Shown: positions 30,532 through 40,977, numbered from the stretch's first letter. The stretch is 64,000 nt of DNA from an uncultured delta proteobacterium (GCA_963745835.1 CAVUZH010000014.1:384001-448000), one strand, 5' to 3'. Notes: a model not told the origin generated them from the letters alone. Numbers and translations are program-made.

Positions 30532-31920
30532 TTAATGCTTAAAAGATTCGATCTTCCAACGTGCCAGCATGCGGTAAAGAGAGCGTCTGTCGATATGTAG
30601 AACCTTCGCCGCCCGAGAGATATTTCCTCTGGTACGGTTCATCACATAGAGCGCGTAACGCTTCTTAATCTCTTCTAAACTGGGCATGTCCGAAAAAACA
30701 AGGTGTTCATCGGCCGCGTTCTCGTACAGCGGCGGCAAGCCTTCCCGAACTTCTTGAGGCAGATCCTCTAACGTGAGGGCGGAATTTTTCGCGAGGACGA
30801 CAGCTTGCTCGATGGCATTCTCGAGCTGGCGGATATTTCCGGGCCAAGAGTAGCTCCTGAGTCGTTCGCTGGCCTCCTCAGAGATATCCGTAATGGGCTT
30901 ACCAGCAGCTAGGCTGTAGCGTCGGATAAAAATTTGCGCCAGCGCATCGATATCTTCCGTTCTTTCCCGGAGCGGCGGCAGTTGGATGGTAATCACTTTC
31001 AACCGGTAGTAAAGATCTTCTCGAAAAGCTCCGCTTTTCACCAGTTCGTCTAGATCCTTGTTGGTGGCCGCCAAGACTCGCACGTCTACTTTAATCCACT
31101 CTTTGCCCCCTACCGGTCTAATCTCTTCCTCTTGCAAGACCCGAAGAAGCTTTGACTGCATGTTAAGGCTGATATCCCCGATCTCATCGAGAAAGCAGGT
31201 TCCGCTGCTGGCCAATTGAAACACACCTTTTTTATCCCCGACGGCTCCGGTGAAAGCGCCGCGCGCGTGTCCGAATAGCTCGCTTTCCAGCAGCGTCTCG
31301 GTAAGAGCCCCACAATCCACCGCCACCAACGGACGTTGAGCGCGGGAACTGTGTTGATGAATGGACCGGGCGATCACCTCTTTGCCTGTGCCGCTTTCTC
31401 CGAGAATCAGCACCGTGCTTTTTGTGGGAGCTGCTCTTGCCACCATCTTGAACACTTCGACCATGGCCGGGCTTCTGCCGATTACGGTTTTCTGTTGCTC
31501 CAGATCCTCGCCTTGTTTGATCTTCTTGCGAGGCCGGGCTTCCAGTTCTCTTTGTCGTAAAGCGCTGAAAATGATTTTCTTCAGCTCATCCAAGTTCATC
31601 GGCTTTGAGACGTAATCATAAGCGCCCTCGTGAATAGCCTCGACGGCGGTCTCAATCGAACCGAACGCCGTCATCACGATGACGGGGAGAGACGGCTGCT
31701 CTTGCCGCATAGCCCGAGTCACATCTAGGCCACTGATTCCCGGCATCCGCACATCGACCAATAGCAAATCATAGGATTCCCTCCTCAGGCGATCGAGCGC
31801 TTCTTCACCGCTGCCAGCTTGATCTACCTCATGCCCATCTCCCTCCAGAACCTCGGCGAAAAGCCGGCAACTTACCTCGTCATCATCGACGATCAAAATG
31901 CGCGCTTGCAAGACGTTCAC
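30532..31920 (-). CDS. NtrC/AtoC-family sigma54 response regulator
   Basis: REC domain, GESGTGKE, GAFTGA, WPGNIRQL, HTH. Confidence 0.95.
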   Translation of the reverse strand: MNVLQARILIVDDDEVSCRLFAEVLEGDGHEVDQAGSGEEALDRLRRESYDLLLVDVRMPGISGLDVTRAMRQEQPSLPVIVMTAFGSIETAVEAIHEGAYDYVSKPMNLDELKKIIFSALRQRELEARPRKKIKQGEDLEQQKTVIGRSPAMVEVFKMVARAAPTKSTVLILGESGTGKEVIARSIHQHSSRAQRPLVAVDCGALTETLLESELFGHARGAFTGAVGDKKGVFQLASSGTCFLDEIGDISLNMQSKLLRVLQEEEIRPVGGKEWIKVDVRVLAATNKDLDELVKSGAFREDLYYRLKVITIQLPPLRERTEDIDALAQIFIRRYSLAAGKPITDISEEASERLRSYSWPGNIRQLENAIEQAVVLAKNSALTLEDLPQEVREGLPPLYENAADEHLVFSDMPSLEEIKKRYALYVMNRTRGNISRAAKVLHIDRRSLYRMLARWKIESFKH

Positions 31921-33503
31921 CCGTTCGCTAGCGAGCTATCGTTGGCCGGATCCGTTGGAAAAAAGACTCTTACCGTTGTGCCCTTCTCGACTTGACTGTT
32001 GATCGCTATTTTTCCTCCATGTTCCTTGACAATCTCCTGGCAAACAGCGAGGCCGAGGCCGGTACCATTGGCGGGATTCTTGGTGGTCATGAAAAAGTCA
32101 AAAAGTTTAGGCAACAGGTCCGGGGAGATGCCGGCTCCGGTGTCTGAGATCTCTATGTTAACCCCTGAACGCTGCTGCTCCGATGCCTGCACAGTACAGG
32201 TCGAAATTGTGATTCTTCGCTCTTGTCCCAGGGAATCGACGGCATTGTTGAGCAAGTTAATCAATACACGCTGTACAGATCCGCTATGTGCGTTCAGCAA
32301 CGGCAACGACTCTGACAATTGAGTCATGACTTGGACGCTTTTCTCCGCGAAGACAGGCTTGAGCAGGAGCAAGGTCTCCGACACTAAATCGTTTAAGTTG
32401 ACCGGACTGCGCCTGCTGGTCGATCCTCGCGTGCGATCCAAATAGTATTGGACAATGCCTGCCATGCGCCGGACCTGGCTCTCGATAGTTTTCACATGGC
32501 GGCGGGGTTTCTCCGGCAGATCCTCTTGCGCTAAGAGTTGGGTATATCCTAACACCGAATTTAACGGCGTGCCGAGTTCGTGAGCAATGGCTCCGGTCAT
32601 CCAGCCTAGGGCGGCGGCCTGCCCCACCCGCCCCACTTCCTGCTGCAGATTCCAGAGTTCCTTGTTGCGCTCAACCAGTTCTCTGGTAATTCTCTCAACG
32701 CTCTCCTGTGCTTCCTTGCGGTCTAAATACAACTGCAACATTTCTGCAATAGAATCGAGCAAGCTCTTTTCCTCAGGAAGAAAAGGAAGATTAGTCGGTC
32801 CGAGCCCACTTTCACTATATGCGATTTCCACAAGACCGTGCTTTCCACCAGCGGTGGTGAATTGCGCGCTCTGCGTCGGCGAACTTGAGCCGAAATGTTT
32901 CGATCTATATTCGACTCCGTCCAAGACAATGCGCGCAGCGGCTAACTCCGCCTGATCGAATGCCGCGGGCAGAATGTTAACGAGTTCCTGCAGCAACATC
33001 CCGGGGGCTCTTTCATGATCCTGTAGCAAGCGCGCTGTGCGATGCAGCGCCGTGAGCTCTTTGATTCGTTCGTTGAGATCGTGAACCACCGATTGCTTCC
33101 GTTCATGACCCTTGTAATTGCTGATATTCTGAAGATGCATGATCAAGTGTAATGGCTCGCCGTCCGGATCGCAGTCCACTCCGACGCTCGTTAGGGTCCA
33201 GACTGAATCTCCGGATTTGTGGACGTACTCTTTCTCTCGCTCGAAATGTTCCATCTTCCTATCCACCAGATCCTGAATTTTCCTCCGATCGTCATCGGAA
33301 AACTTTGGAAAGATCGACGGATCAAGCTTTCTCTTCCGGAACTGACTCTTTTCACATCCAAGTATGCGGCACAGGGCTCGATTTACTTCGAGCACATCAC
33401 CGGCAAGCGTTAGAATGGCGATGCCAACCGGGGCGTTGTCGAAAAAGCTCCGGAGACCGGGCGAACTCGTCGATTTAGGTTTGTCGGAGCGAGTTGTTTT
33501 CAC
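31917..33503 (-). CDS. Cytoplasmic PAS sensor histidine kinase
   Basis: N-terminal PAS (FDNAPVGIA), AHELGTPL H-box, NLLNNA, DTGAGI, GTGLGL; no TM helix; overlaps the regulator start. Confidence 0.93.
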   Translation of the reverse strand: MKTTRSDKPKSTSSPGLRSFFDNAPVGIAILTLAGDVLEVNRALCRILGCEKSQFRKRKLDPSIFPKFSDDDRRKIQDLVDRKMEHFEREKEYVHKSGDSVWTLTSVGVDCDPDGEPLHLIMHLQNISNYKGHERKQSVVHDLNERIKELTALHRTARLLQDHERAPGMLLQELVNILPAAFDQAELAAARIVLDGVEYRSKHFGSSSPTQSAQFTTAGGKHGLVEIAYSESGLGPTNLPFLPEEKSLLDSIAEMLQLYLDRKEAQESVERITRELVERNKELWNLQQEVGRVGQAAALGWMTGAIAHELGTPLNSVLGYTQLLAQEDLPEKPRRHVKTIESQVRRMAGIVQYYLDRTRGSTSRRSPVNLNDLVSETLLLLKPVFAEKSVQVMTQLSESLPLLNAHSGSVQRVLINLLNNAVDSLGQERRITISTCTVQASEQQRSGVNIEISDTGAGISPDLLPKLFDFFMTTKNPANGTGLGLAVCQEIVKEHGGKIAINSQVEKGTTVRVFFPTDPANDSSLANG

Positions 33504-33696
33504 GTTTTAACTTTACTTGAATCACGAACCATGCGCCAAACGCGCCAAGTAGAATGATAAACAGAATCGCTATTACTGCCACCACGATTCCACCGGCAAG
33601 CGTCAACGAAAGGTGAAGAAGGATCTTTGATAACTCTAGTATCATTACTGTGAAATCCCAATCAGCAGTTTTAAGCGTAGTATCGCAGCGGGCGCA

Positions 33697-34520
33697 TTAT
33701 TTGTAGGTCAGCACCCGACCCCAGAGACTCTTGGTTCTCCAGATCCCGGAACGCAAGGTTTCAAGCTCAACAATTTGACTGTGATCCACGAACAGATTGA
33801 CCTCCGCCCATAGTTCTTAATGTACCATTGGAATACCTCAGGCTCAGCTGCTTCGAACATTACCTTTTCAACTCCGAGACTGTTGACGAAACGGACGGGG
33901 ACATCCGTCCGCCATGATTCTACGCTTTCCGTAATTCCCGCCGATTCGATCATGATCATGTATGCGCCCGCGTCGAGATACCGTCTGGCGCGATTAACCG
34001 CCCAGTCAATATCCTGTGTCCCTTCCGCTTCCAGCTCAGAGGCAGCCGTCGTACCGCCTGCGCCGAACTGGGTTCCCACTTCGGGTTTGGCCTTCATCCC
34101 AGATCTTTGCACCTTTTCTATTAACCTAAGAACGTCATCGACCGGGACTGTGATGAAGCCGGTGGATATCTCTATAATGTCGAACCCGATCAGGCCGCAT
34201 TCGTCGATATATTTGTCGACAGCCTCGGGATTCAAGTAAGCACACGCTCGATGAATCCGCCCGTGGAAACTAGAGCGCCGTGATCATGGAAGTAGTGAAT
34301 GAGATCTTGCACAGCGGTACGAGGCATCAAGGAAAATGAGCCTCCGGCGAACTTCAGCGCGTCCACATAACTCCCCATGGTTTCGAATATATCTTGTAAA
34401 TAATTTTCCCAGTCGGCGTGTAGTAGGGGCCTCGGATTTCCGTTATGCCGCGCGTGCGCGGTTTAGACTCGCGTTGGTTTACTGGATGAATGAAAACGCC
34501 CTTTCATGAGAACTTGACAT
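33697..34520 (-). pseudogene. Phosphosulfolactate synthase (ComA/HSA32-like), several frameshifts
   Basis: KPRTRGITEIRGPYY, YVDALKFAGGSFSLMP, VSTGGFIE, MIMIES, MFEAAEP, WGRVLTYK in shifting frames. Confidence 0.85.
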
Positions 34521-34596
34521 AGTTTCCACTTCCTTTTATTCATTGCGCCACTTGCGCTTATTGCAGCTTCTTTGGATCGCGACGGTTCCAAGCTCG

Positions 34597-35178
34597 TTAG
34601 TGATGCGTTTCCGCAATTCTTCTGTCGATCTGCGAAGACCGCCCGATCCGCCTGCGTTTCACGGCGTGCCTTTCCTTCTTCCTGCGCCGGGGACATAGCT
34701 CCACAGGCTTCCTCCGTGGTCGGGGGACGGCGATCACCGGGCACGGTGCGTTTCGGATTACTTGCTCGGTGACGCTTCCGAAGATCATCCGGCGTAAACC
34801 TCGCCTCCCATGGCTCGCCATGATGATCAGATCCACCTGTTCTGCCTCTGCCAAACTCACGATATTTTTATCAGGAGTGCCGAACTCCACCTTTTTATGC
34901 ACCTCGACCAAGGGAAGTAAATCAGCAAAATTTTTCTCGAGATACGTCGCAAGATTAGCGTCGCACCTGCGAAGATAATCTTGTAACAGGTTAGAAGAGC
35001 CGGCTGCGCGCACGGCGTGATCTGTGAGTCTCTCACCAAGGTGCCGCAAATCTTCCACTTTGAACACATGATAAATTATTACTTCAGCGCCACTGGCTCT
35101 AGCCTTATTGAGCGCATAGCGAACACCTGCTCGCGAAAAGCTCGAAAGATCAGTGGGCGCCAAAATCTTTTTAATCAT
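34597..35178 (-). CDS. Universal stress protein with a basic C-terminal tail
   Basis: IKKILAPTDLS...DLIIMASHGRRG...FGSVTEQVIRNAPCPV. Confidence 0.9.
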   Translation of the reverse strand: MIKKILAPTDLSSFSRAGVRYALNKARASGAEVIIYHVFKVEDLRHLGERLTDHAVRAAGSSNLLQDYLRRCDANLATYLEKNFADLLPLVEVHKKVEFGTPDKNIVSLAEAEQVDLIIMASHGRRGLRRMIFGSVTEQVIRNAPCPVIAVPRPRRKPVELCPRRRKKERHAVKRRRIGRSSQIDRRIAETHH

Positions 35179-35429
35179 AATACCTCCTGAATGTGACACG
35201 AGCTGTCGCTCAAGAATCGAGCGATAACTGCGTACTCTATTAAATATTGATTAAACTCCGTCACGGCCCTGCCTACTTGCCGTGACTTAGTACTTGAGAT
35301 GCCGGCGAACGCGTTAACGGGAAATAATGACTGCTCTACTCTCAGGTGCCTGCTGCATTCGAGTGGCGAATCGAGTCCCGGCGCGGAGACAATAACTCAA
35401 AAACAATTAACGTTTCACGTATTACTTAG

Positions 35430-35445
35430 AGCAACTTCGATGCCA
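35430..35445 (-). promoter_or_regulatory. Sigma54 promoter upstream of USP/comA
   Basis: TGGCAT-CGAAG-TTGCT. Confidence 0.75.
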
Positions 35446-35514
35446 GCGAAATCGCGTTGTTGCAGGCACTCGAGCCCTTCGGGCGCAAAATTCGTTCAGA
35501 ACACACTGTGAGAG

Positions 35515-35542
35515 TGAGGCAGAAATGTGTGCACGTGTGGCG
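35515..35542. promoter_or_regulatory. Candidate UAS type B
   Basis: TGAGGCAGAAATGTGTGCACGTGTGGCG. Confidence 0.55.
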
Positions 35543-36483
35543 TTGTTGCAAGCGATCTCACACGAGGTAGATTCCGCGTGCTGTTGCGAACCGCTTTGGT
35601 CTTCGACTCGCAATGCCGATCGCGCCGACACTGTGGGTGCTTGTAAGATAGCTGGTCAGCTCGTTTGTAAGCGCTGGTATGAGCCAGGACAACTCATCAT
35701 GGAGACGTTGTGTCTGAGTTCCCCACAGGGACCGTATAAAGTCGAAGCAAGATTACCGTTCAGATGCGCGGACAAATCTTGGCCTTCGGAACTAGTACGT
35801 TTCTCTCGTGCACTGCTGAAACCTTGAGAATGGTGGATCCGCGATAAACTTACTGCAATATGCCCGCGGATCTTTAAGGGTGCAGTATGAACGCGTGGTG
35901 CCTCGTGAGCGATCGTCGCCATATGGAACACACTTTGCTCTGTCCAACATACGAAGTCAGCACATAATAGGAGAAGCATCGTGGCAGTTGTCAAAGCTCT
36001 AACTTTGGCAGTTCTTTTAACACAGGAGGTTTTCGAGGATCACCTTGGCAAGCGTGACGAAAACGATTAAGACGGCAATCTGAAATTTAACTAACTATGC
36101 TCCCGATGTCGTGTTGCTTACCTGCACCGTCGTCCTTCGGCGGTCATGAAGGCGTGCGGCAGTCGCATAAGATATGGTAGAGACTCTACCGGATGCGGGT
36201 ATTGAGATGCTTCAATAAACTCCTCGAGGGCAAGTTTGCTTTTCTGGAGTGGCGTGCCAGTCGAGCAGCGTTGAAGTGCGAGAAGGGACCGATTCGTTCG
36301 TGATACGGGATGGGAAGATCTGCTTTCAAAGCATTCATTACAAAGTCTATCCTGTGAGCCGCAGTGAGGGTAACAGTAACCATCCTACATGAGCCCAGGC
36401 GCGATGCACGCTGCCACCTACCATCGTCTGCCTTGGGTTCGGCCGTAGCGCTCGCAGCGCGAGAGAGAGGAAAGGGTAACGGC

Positions 36484-37383
36484 ATGAGACAGCTAAGACG
36501 GATTATTGTTGGATATGATCTGGGAGTCGGCGGAGAGGTAGCCTTAAGCTCGGCCGCCGTTCTTGCCAAGCGTTCTAATGCTGCACTTCGACTGGTGCAT
36601 GTGGTAGAGCCGCTCGATTCTTATCAAAGGATCTCGCATCCACTGACTTCTCCTTATCCTGTTGAGGAAATCGCACAGAAGATCGGAGCCAGACTGAAAG
36701 CCCTTATGACAGGCGCGGAGCTTGCCGGGTTGAACGCGGAATATGAGGTGCGCACGGGCAAACCCTTTGTGGAACTCATCGTTGCCCAGCGCGCCTGGCT
36801 CGCTGACCTGATCGTAGTTGGTGGCGCGTCGCAGCCGGAAGAGCCTTTTTCTGTCAGTACCAGCGAGCGGCTTATGCGCAAGGCCGACGTTCCTGTAATG
36901 GTCGCGAAAAGTCGCCTCAGTGTTGAAGCTAAGACATTCTTGGTTGCTACGGATTTCTCAGCAGGCGCCAGACAGGCGGCTGAGGAAGCGCTCATCCTGG
37001 CAGAGAATTTCCATGGACGTGTCGTTTTCTTACATGTATTTGACCAGCCCTCGTATGTGGTTAGCTATGTCCATGAGTTGGGCGTGTCGCTGCCGATTGC
37101 GCCACCCACGCCTGAGCAGATCGAGCCTGAATGGGAAGCTTTCCTCTCCGGTTTGCCTTTGGAGAAAGTGGACTGGGAGAAATCTTCTACCGAAGGGAAA
37201 GCGGCCACGTCTATTGTTCGCCAGGCGGAGCACGTCAAAGCGGATGTGATCGTGATGGGCACACATGGCAGAAGCGGGCTGCCTTATATTCTCCTGGGCA
37301 GCGTGGCAGAGAAGGTGGCGCGCACAGCGTCTTGCCCCGTCCTCACAATCAGGCCGGAGCATTTCCAGTTTCGAATCCCATGA
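36484..37383 (+). CDS. Tandem-domain universal stress protein
   Basis: RIIVGYD..., FLVATDFS..., VMGTHGRSG...LGSVAEKVARTASCPVL. Confidence 0.92.
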   Translation: MRQLRRIIVGYDLGVGGEVALSSAAVLAKRSNAALRLVHVVEPLDSYQRISHPLTSPYPVEEIAQKIGARLKALMTGAELAGLNAEYEVRTGKPFVELIVAQRAWLADLIVVGGASQPEEPFSVSTSERLMRKADVPVMVAKSRLSVEAKTFLVATDFSAGARQAAEEALILAENFHGRVVFLHVFDQPSYVVSYVHELGVSLPIAPPTPEQIEPEWEAFLSGLPLEKVDWEKSSTEGKAATSIVRQAEHVKADVIVMGTHGRSGLPYILLGSVAEKVARTASCPVLTIRPEHFQFRIP

Positions 37384-37752
37384 CACGGTACCAATTTTAA
37401 GGTGCATCTCCCTTGCAGCACATCGATAAAATACTTCGCGCAGAGTCGATAGTCCGAGGAAGAAGAATAGCCCAGTGCGGCCACTGGCTGACCAATCGCC
37501 GAAGCGCTTGGGTGCGCAATCGCAACGACAGAAAGAAATCGCCCATAAGGAATAAACTGCTGTGAGCGCCACGGGGACACGTCGACACCTTCTGCGTCTA
37601 CTCCTCCAGTTTCGGGCGGCCGCCGATCAAAGCCATTGTCTTTTGCGGTCTCCAGTGTTTCATTTGACGGGTGGTATATTTCGCAATGAGCGACTACCTC
37701 TCTGACGAGGAGGCGGAGAGAAAGACTTACAGGCTGCCGGTCCGCGGGATAC

Positions 37753-38016
37753 TTAACGGCTTCGACGGCGACGATGAAGTTCGCACAGGACGAAGTTCGT
37801 TCCCACAATGTTACATATCAACGCTTCGACTTTCACCTGCTCCGCACATTGCGGGCACGTCTTCTTTCCCGCCGAATACGCAATTTGCCAACCAACGACA
37901 AAGACAATGAGGCCAACCCAAAACATCCAACCGGCGCCTATCCCGCAGCCGGCAAGGCCAACCAACCCTCCGCTTGCAGCGACCAAGATTCCCGATATGG
38001 GGACAAGTGTCCGCAT
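37753..38016 (-). CDS. Small membrane protein with a zinc ribbon (probable frameshift in the second CxxC)
   Basis: Two TM helices, then KTCPQCAEQVKVEALIC; adding one A restores CKHCGNEL. Confidence 0.6.
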   Translation of the reverse strand: MRTLVPISGILVAASGGLVGLAGCGIGAGWMFWVGLIVFVVGWQIAYSAGKKTCPQCAEQVKVEALICNIVGTNFVLCELHRRRRSR

Positions 38017-38300
38017 GTGACACTCCTTAATCTTCAGTTATCATTTCAAGCTATTGCCGGATCCCATTCGCCAAATAGGATTATGGCATGCCGCCAACAA
38101 GGCCACCGAATTAAGGAATTAGAGAGTTCATAAATCGTAGGGTGCAGGGCGAGTAGCCGTACCGATCTATTAAGGCTCGCGTAGAATCTTCCGTCAGCCC
38201 GGGCATTCTGCGAGGCCCCACGTTCGGGGAGCTGTTAAAGCCGGCGGCGCCGCGCCGCGAAGACAAGGAGAAGCTCCTGGAAGAAGTCACGCAGGAGATC

Positions 38301-38603
38301 ATGCAGGCGCCCCTTTTCACGACTGAAACGGGGTCACGTTTAGATCCGTCAAACCTTCGGCGCGCATTTCATTCGGTCCTTAAGGCGGCTGAGCTCCCAC
38401 GGATCCGCTACCATGATCAGCGCCATACCTATGCTTCAACTCTATTGAAAGCCGGCGTCGAGATCGCCGAAGTAAGCAGGCTCCTAGGCCACTCGTCGAT
38501 TAAAATTATTCTCGACGTCTATGTTCATTTCATTCCGCAGAAGGAACGGCGGGTCAGCGTGCTCTCGGATGCGATGGCGGCCGCCCGGCAGCAGCGTGCC
38601 TGA
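38301..38603 (+). pseudogene. Tyrosine recombinase C-terminal fragment
   Basis: RYHDQRHTYASTLL, VSRLLGHSSI, LDVYVH. Confidence 0.85.
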
Positions 38604-38670
38604 AGGATGCTACAAAGTGGTAACATTTGGAGAGAAGATCAGACTTGCGGCGCGTAAGCTATTGATTTTA

Positions 38671-38715
38671 TGGCGCGCCCGGAGGGATTCGAACCCCCAA
38701 CCCTCAGATCCGAAG
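38671..38715 (-). mobile_element. att-like site: 3' half of tRNA-Arg (anticodon loop to CCA)
   Basis: Minus strand reads CTTCGGA-TCTGAGGGTT-GGGGG-TTCGAAT-CCCTC-CGGGCGC-GCCA; no 5' half; lies between two integrase genes. Confidence 0.85.
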
Positions 38716-38843
38716 AAGGTTGCAGGAGATAATGTCAAATTTTTTCAGCTATTCCTACCTTGATCTTACTGCGGTTTTTCCTATTCGCTCACCTGAGAAC
38801 AGCTCATATTACCCAGCGCGATGGACACATTGTGGACACATTT

Positions 38844-39611
38844 TTATTTCCCGCGTCTAATCTCGGCCTGCATCTCAACATATGCATCTCCCGCATCGTC
38901 GATGCATTTATCGCAAAAGTTTTCGCCTTCACTAGGTTGATAAGAAGTCACTGTCCTACGGCCGCAAGAATCGCATTTTTCACATTGATACAGATCAGCT
39001 CCGCAGAGGTGGCAGTAAACCGCGGTATCTGCTTTAAGGGACATCACATCCGAAGCGCCGCACCGCGGGCAAGTGTCTGTTGAGACATTGCCTTCTTTTG
39101 CCGCATCACTTCGTGCCATCTGCGCGGCAGTCTGCCAATCGGCAAGGAGCCGGTTTGCGTCTTTATACATATTCTTTGACAAAAAAGTTTCGAGTGGAGT
39201 GTTGAGTTCGTTTCGGAGAAAAATGGCGAGGAAATCTAACAATAAGGGAAGTTGCCTCTTGGCCATTGAGGGATCGAAGGTCGGCATGTGATGAACAATT
39301 GCATGGCGCCACTCTGCAACGTCTCGAATCAATTTTGCCTCTTTGGGAGCGAGTTCCATACCAAGGTTAGCAAATCGTCGTGGCAGTGCACCAAGTGATA
39401 CAGTTTGCTCTGCCTGTGGAATTTTCGTATCAATATTTTTTAGTATCAACGCTGGATTCACTCGGGCGAGACGTTCTTTGAGTACGAGTTCGGTTGCCGT
39501 TACTGCGTGGACGATAGCAAAATTGAGCCTGCCCGCGGAGAAGTTCCTGAGAGCTTCCTCAAGGAATTCGTGCGCTGATTCTAACAGCGGGCTTAACGTC
39601 TGATTGTCCAT
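38844..39611 (-). CDS. HEPN-like domain protein with C-terminal zinc ribbons
   Basis: ELVLKERL helix and RHAIVH (RxxxxH); CPRC, CHLC, CEKCDSC, CDKC. Confidence 0.65.
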   Translation of the reverse strand: MDNQTLSPLLESAHEFLEEALRNFSAGRLNFAIVHAVTATELVLKERLARVNPALILKNIDTKIPQAEQTVSLGALPRRFANLGMELAPKEAKLIRDVAEWRHAIVHHMPTFDPSMAKRQLPLLLDFLAIFLRNELNTPLETFLSKNMYKDANRLLADWQTAAQMARSDAAKEGNVSTDTCPRCGASDVMSLKADTAVYCHLCGADLYQCEKCDSCGRRTVTSYQPSEGENFCDKCIDDAGDAYVEMQAEIRRGK

Positions 39612-39627
39612 GTGTTCGTCTCCCCTT

Positions 39628-40732
39628 TCAATTCCCTAAAATGCTCGATGCCAATTCCTGCATTGTGGTGGTTTTCCGCGGAACGAAGTGACTGTAAACC
39701 TTGAGTGTAATTGCGCAATCCGAATGGCCTAGAAGCCGGCTCACTTCGGTAATGTCCTTGCCCTTCGATAAAAGCAGCGAGGCGAACGTGTGGCGCAATT
39801 TATGAAACGTGAGCCGCCTTACTTCGGCGCGAGCAACGATCGAATCAAAGATGTTTCCGGCGTTCTTTCGATGGATGAAGCCGCCGCCGATATTGGTAAG
39901 GACGAGACCCTGATGGCTGGGCGGGCACTTCAGCTTCCAGAGCTTTAATTCATGCGCCAGCTCGCGCGGCATATCTAAAACGCGCCGGCTCTTCTTTGAT
40001 TTCGGCGCTTTCAATTCCAAGCCGCCCTTATTCTTGGAAACAACCAGATTGAGCCGCACGTTGATAACCCCGGCTTTGAAATCCACGGCGGTCCAGGTAA
40101 GCCCCAGAACCTCGCCGATCCGCATCCCAGTTAAGCCCGGGACCATCACAAGGGCGCGCTCGAAACTCCCCTGCTCTGTCGCATTTACGAGCTTCTTTAG
40201 CTCCTCTTCCGAGTAAACCTGATCCGGCAATACCTCTTCGTCCTCGTTCTCTTCGTTCGAGACTTTCACGTTCGGCGAGCTCGGCCGCATTGGCTTTGCT
40301 CTGCAGTGGTCTGTAGCGTTGCGCAAGCTTAAAGATAGCGGTGACCGTTGTTAGGATCTTATTGGCTTCTTTGGTCGAGGCGGCCTTGGCCCATCCGACC
40401 GCCGCCGTCTCGATCTGCTCCACTGTGGCGCTTTGAATCCTCAATGCGCCGAGCGCTGGCACGATATGCTTATCGATGTGGATCCGCCAGTTGTGAAGCG
40501 TGCCGTGCCGATACGTGCCAGCGTCGTTTTTTCGCTTGTACCAGGATTCGGCAATATCCTTGACCGTAACGTCGGAAGGCGTGACAAAATCGCCCTTTGA
40601 GATATCCCCTATGTATTGCTTATTGAAATTGCGCGCGTCGTCTAGCCTGTCGAACGTCTTCCGTAGTCGTCGGCCGTGCTGGTCGTGGAAGTCCACGCAA
40701 TACGTTCCTGCAGCGGTTTTATTTATTGCCAT
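39628..40732 (-). mobile_element. Phage-type tyrosine integrase, frameshift near 40270
   Basis: Arm-binding/SAM-like N-terminal half; TGMRIGEVLGLTW, FHKLRHTFASLLL, LGHSD, YSH. Confidence 0.9.
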
Positions 40733-40776
40733 AATTTTACTCCTCGCTATGCACGCCGTTCGCTTTCATCATCCGG

Positions 40777-40977
40777 TCACTTGGGGTTCTTCCTACTCCT
40801 CCGCCTCTTCACCTTTTCACTGAGTTGATTCAATAACATTGCATACGCGCCTTTCGGCTCGTTCACTCCGGTCTCCCAACGTGCGACGGTATGCTGTCGT
40901 GCCCCTATCTTGTCAGCCAGTTGCTGCTGAGTTAATTGAAGCGCTTGTCGTAGCTTTCTAATCTCTTGAGGACTCAT
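40777..40977 (-). CDS. XRE/Cro-type HTH regulator
   Basis: IRKLRQALQLTQQQLADKIG...TVARWETG. Confidence 0.9.
   Translation of the reverse strand: MSPQEIRKLRQALQLTQQQLADKIGARQHTVARWETGVNEPKGAYAMLLNQLSEKVKRRRSRKNPK

Noticed and set aside
35525-36360. Overlapping short ORFs between the divergent USPs
   Set aside because: No RBS or motif support; treated as intergenic or decayed DNA.
38671-38715. Intact tRNA gene
   Set aside because: Only the anticodon loop to CCA is present; the adjacent sequence does not supply the D-arm or the 5' acceptor strand.
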